A stretch of 53,168 bases of DNA, taken from Geosiphon pyriformis uo1. Lineage: Eukaryota; Fungi; Glomeromycota. Positions 8,730 to 17,874 of this stretch are shown piece after piece. How positions within the stretch are numbered: position 1 is the first letter of the stretch; each line of letters opens with the position of its first letter. The notes beneath the pieces are model-generated. The model was given only the letters and a program-made list of their open reading frames with translations, made no database searches and was not told the origin of the DNA. The position numbers and the translations under genes were made by a program. The stretch is from NCBI GenBank assembly GCA_016748015.1, contig JAAOMT010000205.1, positions 1 to 53,168 on the forward strand, written 5' to 3'.

Positions 8730-11529
8730 TATAAATCCACAGAGACAGAGCACCCCCAAAAATACATAAAAGTGGCAACTATTGAAACAATAGGAAAGGA
8801 CCACTCCTCGTACAGAAAAGCACTATTTCAATACTTTTGAAAAGACCTAGGAATACCAGCAGAAACCGCTTACACAGAAAGGGATTTTTGTAACTATATC
8901 AATACAAAAATTGACTGCTTGTTAGGCCACACAACTAATACAGGAAGACTTGGAGAACAAATCCATCAAAGCTTACTAGGGTACTCAACAGCCATGACTA
9001 CCTGAGCAATCACTGAAACTCTGTGCATAATCGATATAGACATTAAATATTACGTGGCACAACGATTCTCTCAAGTACAACAACCAGTAAAATTCGGCCC
9101 TGAGGAATATGAAAACGAATCCAACAACCCCGTAACTGCCCAAGCCAAATCCATGGTCAACAAGAAACCAAGGGTCCTCTCCCCAACAACTCCATTATAC
9201 CATCAGATACTGCAAAGTAGAATTGTATTCAACCCACTCCTGGAAACCCAGTCAGAAACACCACGAACTCCTGGAAATCCACACCCTTGGAATCAACACA
9301 GTTGGACCAAATCACTAGGAGAATATGGATCGCTGTTTGGAAATCTTACCCCAGCAGCTGGTCAAACAGAAGGAAACCCATCAACTTAGGAACAGCCACC
9401 AGCACAAAACCTAGCAGAATCAGCATCTCCTCTAACGGAAGAAACAGCTATCTTACAACCTATTGGTTCAAGTAACAAAGGAAAACAACCAGCATTAGCA
9501 CCCAGAGAATACTCGAATACGCAGACACCAATCCCTTTAAACATAATCAGTAACACCCCACCCATTAACTGGATCATGGCTTACTGGGATATTGCTAAAT
9601 TAGAAAAATTCTCTGGTGAAGAAGATAACGCATATTTTTGGATTGTGAATGCCAAGAAAGCAATTACTGCTAACAGTTGGAACAACAACCACACAGTTCA
9701 GACACTGCCATTTTTTCTGACCAGAACTGCCGATTCATAGTACCAGAGTCTGGCAGAGAAGCCTACCTCATTTACCGAGTTTAAACTCGCATTTCTGTAA
9801 TACTTCTGTGACCCCAATATGTTAATCTGATTGCAGAATCAATTCAGCATAATTAAACAAAAAGATCACAAAGCAGTAACTACTTATCTCAGATGATTCA
9901 ATTAAATCCTGCATCAAATATTAGCTATCGAAAAGGACTACTACACCACAGCACAAGTTCTTAATCAATTCATTAAAGGATTGCAGAGTAGTATTCTAAG
10001 ATTCATAAGACCCCGCCATCTGACCAGTTTATAAGACGCCATCACTCTCATTCACAATTTTGAGTCTGCAGAACAAGAAGTGAACCATACTCAAGCCATT
10101 AATTTAGCCATTAACGGAACCTCTGATGTCAATGCAAAAATAACCCAATTGAGTAAGAAACTAACTCAGAAAATTGAGAGATTCTTAGCCGGAACTACAG
10201 GAACTTACCAACCACCCCAATGGAGCAAAAATAACAACAACAGCAGATACCCATAGCAACAGAACCGTTAGCAACAGCAACAACCTTGAAGATCCGATCC
10301 TCACAACTGCTACTACTGTCAAAAACCTGGACACATTGCCCGTGACTGCAGAAAGAAGATCATGGACCAAAATCAAGGAAACCCATACCAGCAACCCAGA
10401 TATCAGCAAAACATGATACCCCAATATTCCATACCTCAGAATCAACCACCCTTATACGCACAACAAGTTCCGTACACTCAACCACTGCTCCAGAATTATT
10501 ATCAACCACCACCAATGACACAAGCAATTCCTCACTATCAAACTTCCTCCTACAGCCCGTCCAGACTTCAAGCTATAGACTATAATCAGAGATGGAGGAA
10601 TCTCAACAACAATCAAGTACAAACCAACAGTGGACCATCTTGACCAATCCCTCGCGGTTCTGCCCAATTTCGACCAACACCAACTGGATACCTGAATCAA
10701 GCTTCCTATCTCAGTCTTATGGAAGACCAGGGTTTTGATAAATCTACACCTGTGGAAGGGGAGATATAGAACAAATCTCCCAACCTTCCAAGCAAACAAA
10801 AAGCAATATCCCACCAGCCACTATTACCGAAGACACCACCCTAGCCACCATATTTTCTTTTGACATTGATAATTTGAACACACATAGTCTTTTTAGTAGA
10901 GCAGCTATCAATCAAAATAAACCAATAACGGCCCTATATACCGATGCCAGAGTTGGAGGAATAGACATTAAATTAATCCTGGATAGCGGATCAGCCAGTA
11001 GCATAATCATGAAGCAGCTTATGGACCAACTAGGTTGCCGAGTAGACTGTGCTGCTACCACCCAAATCATTACAGCAGATGGAAACACAAAAACCCCGAT
11101 AGGAGAAATTGACAACTTCCCCTTCAAGATTAATGGAATCCAAATCCCTACCAAAGTACTCGTCATGAAAGCTACTCAATATCAAGATCTAGTAGGAAAT
11201 GACTGGTTGTCAAAAGCCAATGCTATTCTTGACTGGAACACCCAAGAACTTCAATTCACGTTCAACGGACAGCATACCCAAGTCCCAGCTACGTGCAGAC
11301 ACTTTAAAAACCAACATACCGAAGAACCCCTTATTGAATTCGAAGACACATCAATGCCACCAACCATCGAGACCTATCAGGTTTTATGGACAGATGATTA
11401 TTGAACTGAACTACCCCCACCACCAACCTGGGAAGAAAAAGGAAAAGGCAGAGCCGAAAAAGAATCCCAATCATCATCACTAGGATACATAACCTCAGAC
11501 CAAAAAAACTTATTTTACCAACTCCCAAG

Positions 11530-12160
11530 ACTAATATGTGTCGATTGTGGAAAAAAACTATCCACTATGGGTGCATGTATCGGAGACAATGAAGAATGGC
11601 CCACCACCACCAAATACTATTGCAGGCCTTGTTTACTGGAAAGATTTGAATGACCAAAACGACAAGGCAAGTGGAACCACATGCCGTGTCTCACATGTGG
11701 CGAAATTCTGCCAGATGAAGAACTTTGGAATGATGTGCCTGGCAGAGGAGAAACATGCGACGAGGCTTGTCAATACATCATATTAATCAATGATTGAGTA
11801 CGAAAGGGAACCCCCATCGAGAACGCTTGAAAACAAGCACTTAACAGACTAGACGGTTATCCACACAATGACCACAAAATCTGGAGAATGGCAAGTGCCA
11901 AGGCCGAAGGCGTCATGCCTGAAGAAATACGAGAAATTAAGAACAACCCTTGGACACCTGAATATACTGGACCCGACTACCCTGAAGATGATTTCTTTAC
12001 AGATAACCCAGACGCATTTCAGAACCAATATCAGGAATTGGCCCTGACTCATGAGGAACAGGAGCAAAGATTGGCCGATTTGAATACCAAACTATGTGAT
12101 CACTGTTTGATCCCCTGTCACTTCCAATACTGCGATGAATGTGATCTCATGTTCAATCTG
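11530..12160 (+). other. Cys-rich domain (three putative zinc fingers) between PR and dUTPase in C
   Basis: CVDC..CRPC, CLTC..CDEAC, CDHCLIPCHFQYCDEC; the same Cys pairs occur in A, B and D. Confidence 0.7.
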
Positions 12161-12314
12161 CCTTTAAAAATACTGTTTTTAATTACCGAACTACCTGAAC
12201 TCGAAGAAGAGGTATTGATCACTGAGGACATGTTGTTTCAAGATCCAACTGAAGATACTGAAACAGAACAGTATCTCGTGTATTCCGACCTATCCAAATA
12301 ACTAGAGCTAAAAT

Positions 12315-12740
12315 AGTACAGTGACAACAAGGGAGAAATCTGCCCCAAAAGAATGCATGACACTGATGCTGGTTTCGACCTATGATACCCTGGACAATTA
12401 CCCATCATTATAGCCCCATATTCCCTCATAAAAATAGATTTTAAGATAGCATTAGAAATTCCTGTTAGTACAATGGTACAAGTTGCCTTTTGATCTAGTC
12501 TAGCCAAGAAAAAAATTAACATAAAAGGAGGAATCATTGATGCTGGTTACATGGGAAACATCATTGTGATGCTACAGAACAATTCGAACAGACCCTATAA
12601 AATAAAATCACAAGAAAAGATTGCCCAAGCTATCTTCCTACCCCTAGTCAAAATATCCCAATTAACTCCAGTAACAACCCAAAAAGAGTTAGGCCTCACT
12701 ACCCGAGGAATCAACGGGTTTAGATTAAGTGGAAGAGGAA
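12315..12740 (+). pseudogene. dut: dUTPase domain of C
   Basis: Trimeric dUTPase motifs: DAGFDL, (R)SSLA, GGIIDAGYMGNI, KIAQAIF, RGINGF. Confidence 0.92.
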
Positions 12741-14570
12741 ATGTACCAGTTAATTTCACGGAGAAAGACAGTAACCAGGTAAAATTTATCCACACTGACA
12801 CTGTCATCTCTATTCCTCCATACTGACAATACATCCTCAAGGTGAATCAAAAAATCCAAGATCAAGCCCTATTATTCGAAGCCAGTCCTGAAATCTGTTT
12901 CCTAGCTAATGTTGCTAATCTATACCTACTGGCTAAAGTCCATAAACACTTCAAAATCTCCATCCACAACTCTACAGAAAATGTTATTGAAATTCCCGAA
13001 AGGACCCTCGTCAATTCCATATCTGCAGATATTCAGAATCCTAAAAAACTCCAGTCTATTCCAGACTTTACACAATTATTCTTATTCTGTGATATTACCT
13101 CACAAGTATAAAATTTGCCAAAAGAAAGTTACTTGTTCACACCAAAAGAGATCAATAAATTGAATTTAGGAAATTTAAGTACTCTGCAACAAATGCAACT
13201 CAAAGTCCTTCTGAATCAATATGCCGATGTCTTTGCCAGCGAAAATAAGTTCAGACGCACTGACATCATGAAGCATCAGATTGATACAGGAGACGCTCGA
13301 CCAATTAAGCAAAAAATTTACCATGTACTCTCATCTGGCAATAACCTAATTAAGCAAGAAGTGCAATGGATGCTTGATAACGGCCTAATCAAAGAATCGT
13401 TAAGCCCTTGGTCCTTGCCAGTAATCTTGGTCACCAAGAAAAATGGGAAAATGCGATTCTGCATAGATTATCGAAAACTAAATAGTGTCATGCGAAGAGA
13501 TAGTTATCCCACTCCCTTCATCCAGGAAATTCTGGACAATCTAGGGAAAAAGAAATGGTTCTCGTCATTAGATTTAGCAAGTGGTTACTGGCAAATTGAA
13601 ATGGACCTCAAAGACAAAAGAAAAACAGTGTTTACTACTCGAGACGGAAACTTCGAGTTTAACGTAATGCCTTTTGGACTTTGTAATGCTCCTGCTACGT
13701 TTCAATGCCTGATGGATGTAGTATACAAAGGAATCTTTTGGAAATCAGTAGTAGTTTATCTAGACAACACAAACGTGTTCTCCAAAACATTCAAAGACCA
13801 TCTGCTCTACCTGCAACAAGTCTTCGAATGCCTTCGTAGTGCTGGATTGAAACTCAATCCCGAGAAATGCTTCTTTGGAAAAACTGAGTTAAAATTCCTA
13901 GGACATGTAATTGGCAAGGATGGAGTTAAACCTGATCCAGATAAAGTACAAAAAGTTAAGGATTTTCTAGTCCCAATCAACCTTAGAGAATTATGAGGAT
14001 TTCTAGAATTAGCAGGATATTATTGTCAATTTGTCAAAGGTTTCTCAAACATCGTAAAACCACTCCATCAATTGTTGTCCAAATATGTACCATACTTGTG
14101 GAAGGAAGATCAACAGAAAGCATTCGACTATCTCAAACAGCAATTGATCACATCCCCAATCCTGATTTATCCAGATTTCACTAAACAGTTTATTGTCACT
14201 ACGGACGCCTCAAAAAATGCTCTAGGAGCAGTCTTATCACAGATAGGACTGGACAATAGAGAACACCCAGTTGCCTACGCTAGTCACAGTACTAGCCCAG
14301 CAGAAAAAAATTACAGCACAACAGATCTGGAATGTCTCGCCATTTATTGGGCCATACAGACTTGGAAATATTACCTCAGTCAACCATTTGACCTATATAC
14401 TGACTACAAAGGACTTATTTGGTTATTCAACAATCCATAACTAGAAAGAAAATATGCGAGATGGAGTACTTATTTGCAACAATTCTCACTCAAAATCCAT
14501 TACAAAGAAGGATCCAAGAACACCAATGCCGACAGTTTGTCAAGGATGCCACAAACCTAATCCCAGACCC

Positions 14571-15938
14571 ATGAACACACTCACTTATCAACAACTACAT
14601 CAGTACCTATCGACACTATGTTTCAAGAAGATATTATCTCAACAGGAACAGAGTACCATATAAAAACAAGCCCGAAATTATTTTATTTAAGACAACCAAC
14701 TATATCAATGAGAATGCTAAAACCACCCCAACCCACAACGACTAATCACGGACAGTGAAAGAGGAACTATACTATATAGCATGCACTCAGATCCAACTGC
14801 AGAACACTTTAACAAAAACACTACCCTCGAAAGAACACTAAACTTATACTATTGGCCAATGATGCACAAAGACATTTTTGAATATGTGCTCAATTGTGAC
14901 GCATACCAGCAAAGAAGAGGAGCAAGATCAACAGAACCACTTCAACCCATTCCAGTTGGAAATCCATTTGATAGAATCAGGATTGATTTGGTTGGATCTC
15001 TTTTAATTACATCCCAAGGAAATCACTATATCACTGTAGCTGTAGACTATCTTACAAAATGGCCAGAAGCCAGAGCAATCCAAGTGGCTGGTGCCAAAAC
15101 AGTCGCCAAATTTGTGCATCAAGACCTAATTTGCCGACATGGATGTCTGAAAGAATTATTATCTGATCAGAAAACACACTTTGTTAATAATATGCTGATT
15201 GAACTAAGCCAATGGTTTGGAATAAAGAGACCCTTATTGTCACCATACCACCCACAAATGAACGGACTGGTAGAACAATTTAACAGAACACTGTGCAAAG
15301 CACTAGCAAAAATAAGTCATGAAAACAAACAAGAATGGGACTTATTCATACTTTCTGTACTCTTTGCATACCGAATATTGAAACAAAATACGACTCAGTT
15401 CACACCATTCAAACTAGTCTATAGAAGAAAAGCTACATTACCGATTGAATGAGTGATACTGTCATACCCAACAGAAACAATCAATGAAGAGAATTTTGAG
15501 GCTATCTTATACCAAAAAACGTACCAGCTAATGGAAACATTGGAAAACAATCGAAGAACAGCAGCTGACAATATTAGTCACACTCAAGAATAACAAAAAA
15601 AAAGACATAATAAACACCTATCAGAACAACTAATGAAATTCAAGATTGAAGACCAAGTACTGTTACATTGTACAAAAGCTGAAAAACAGTGGAGTGGAAA
15701 GTTCAACCCAAAGTGGGACGGTCCATTCCACATACACAAAGCATTAGGAAATGGAGCTTACAAATTATGATTGGAAAACAGGATTTTAAAGAAAGTAGCA
15801 CATAGAAATCGGTTAAAAATTTATCATGTAAAACAGGAATCATCGTCATCAGTACCTCAACTAGGAACACAAATTTCATTAATCAGACCAGAAGATATAC
15901 CACGAGATCTGGAACCAATTATCGTCATCGAAATGTAG
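14571..15938 (+). pseudogene. C integrase, separate ORF (455 codons)
   Basis: Own ATG 10 nt after the RNase H stop; H..H..C..(C) zinc site, IDLVG, LSDQ, PYHPQMNGLVEQFN, WDGPF; no chromodomain; start and final TAG share one frame. Confidence 0.9.
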
Positions 15939-16018
15939 ACAATGGGCAGCAAATTAAATTGGGGAATTCAAATATATATAGCATCCAAAAAGCAGCAAGA
16001 AATGATAGAAATTTTAAC

Positions 16019-16753
16019 ATGGATCTTTCAGATCAAATTTTAAAATTATCTAAACAATTATTTAAAACAATTCAAAAATCAACATCTCAAATAGAAATAA
16101 CAATTGATAAAAAAGAGATACGGTACAAAAATAAGAACAGGAGAAGAGAGGACGAGAGTTCAATTAGAACTAAACATTCCCTTCCCTACCCACCACCCGA
16201 AAGGCAATGTGGGAGGAAAAATTGCCTTCAGGTGGGGGGTGGAAAAGAAGGAGGCAAAGAACAAAAAAAAGGTTACAAAAGAAGATACTTGGTTCCCGAG
16301 CTCGAAAAAATAAAAGAAGCTTTAGCTCGTGGGACTGAACTCCCCAAAACAGGGGAGTGAACACCTGACAATGCCCAGAAATAGAAAGAAAGACTTCCTC
16401 CAGCTTATTGGTTCTACAAAATTGGAAAACAGCTTGACTTGAAAACACCATACAAAGACCTCAGCCAGAAAACATTTAACAAAAAAGCAATACAACAAGT
16501 AGAAAAATTTGTAGGGAAAAACAACCTGACCCTATATTACAAAGCAGCATACCAACTATACGCCACCTTCTAACATTGCCCAAACGTACTACTGAACGGA
16601 TCTATGAAAACCATAACAGTTAACAGCATAGGACGAATAACCAATCAACAGTTCAAAGACCTACAAAAGGCAATACTCGAGGCAACAATCGAACATTACA
16701 TGAACGAAGCCATGATAACAGATACATATGGTTTCGCAGGAGCTCAATTTTAA
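16019..16753 (+). pseudogene. C ORF3, unknown protein (244 codons)
   Basis: MDLSDQILKLSKQLF...YWFYKIGKQL...YKAAYQLYATF...ITVNSIGRITNQQF...GFAGAQF*; homologues at the same position in A, B and D. Confidence 0.85.
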
Positions 16754-16767
16754 AAATAGAGGGATAA
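16752..16767 (+). promoter_or_regulatory. Polypurine tract of C
   Basis: AAAAATAGAGGGATAA directly before TG of the 3' LTR. Confidence 0.85.
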
Positions 16768-17870
16768 TGTTACCCGAGTAGAAAAACCAATTCAAAGTTA
16801 TGAAGAAACATGACCAAAACGTGACATAACACAGAATAATGCACAATAATATTGGATAATGCATTATAACATTGGATAATATGTTATAATGCAGGATAAC
16901 ACAGAATAGCACGCAATAACATAAGATAATGTGTTATAACGCAGAATAACACAGAATAACATGTAAAAATGTCAGATAATATGTTATAACATAGGATAAT
17001 TAGCGATAACATAGAAAAACGAAGCAATAACAGAAACAACAAAGCAATAGCTAGCAATAGTGAGACAATTGAAAGCAATCCTGTAAAACCAAAAGAATGT
17101 ATAAAAGCAAGTAGTTGTAGAAGTGAGAAAAAACAGAGAAGAAAAAATAGATACAAACCTTTAAACCAGAAATTAAAATATCTATACCCCTTCATTCTTT
17201 ATTATCTTCCCTATTTCATCTCCTGAAATAAACCAATTATTAAAAGAAATCAGAATCATGAATTTATGTTCTCAAACTTCATGAAATTTACATGAATTAA
17301 CTCTTGTCTTGTACCTCCGTTCTAGAACAAATGCTCTTAGCATAACTATTTCGAACCTATTAACAATTTGGACCAATCGCTCTTGATCATGGCAATTGAT
17401 GATACTAATTTATCTTTTTTTTCTTTTTTTTTCTTTTTTTTTCTTTTTTTTTCTTTTTCTTTTTCTTTCTTTTTCTGTCTTATTTTTTGTGGAATGGCAA
17501 CATAGTAAAATTGACTGTCTGGGAATAGACTTCGTGATAGCCTAATAAAAAAGGGAAGCTCCCCCTAAGTTTTGGATATTAACATTATCTTGTTAGCTTA
17601 CCAGAAGGATGAAAAGACAATGCCAGACCCTAACAACTGTGCTCATTAGCTCAGAGAAGAAAGCTCACATTTATGAAAAACATTGCAATCAACGAAAGAC
17701 AAATTTTGTGCCTTATAAAGAACTCAATGGGTAAAATTCACATCCAGAAATAAACCTTCAGAGACTGATAATCAAGACTAAGCCAACAAAATTACGCGGA
17801 AGATGCATCATCAATAATTGAGAGCACTAAACGTTACCATTTCCCATATCCACCAAGTTTATCTATAACA
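16768..17870 (+). repeat. 3' LTR of C
   Basis: TGTTACCCGAG...TATAACA. Confidence 0.95.
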
Positions 17871-17874
17871 ATGG

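Larger units (their letters stand above)
8772..14560 (+). pseudogene. C Gag-PR-Cys-rich-dUTPase-RT-RNase H polyprotein
   Basis: Knuckle CYYCQKPGHIARDC (about 10308-10349), PR ILDSG (about 10975), dUTPase, RT FCIDYRKLN / LDLASGYWQI / VMPFGLCNAPATFQ / YLDN, RNase H TTDASKNALGAVL...ADSLSR; ends TAA 14558-14560; many stops, one frameshift near 10760. Confidence 0.93.
7618..17870 (+). mobile_element. Ty3/Gypsy-like LTR retrotransposon C, full length and uninterrupted (10253 bp), nested in protease of B
   Basis: LTRs 7618-8709 and 16768-17870, perfect TSD ATGG (7614-7617, 17871-17874); removal restores VNG-HTIKLILDSG. Confidence 0.96.

Noticed and set aside
10755-10770. Programmed Gag/Pol frameshift in C
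   Set aside because: A, B and D have Gag and PR in one frame; the shift lies in a G run and is most simply a 1-nt deletion.
15780-15938. Chromodomain at the integrase C-terminus
   Set aside because: After the GPF module there is only a short tail (..DLEPII.IE); no Y.V.W-type chromodomain motif.
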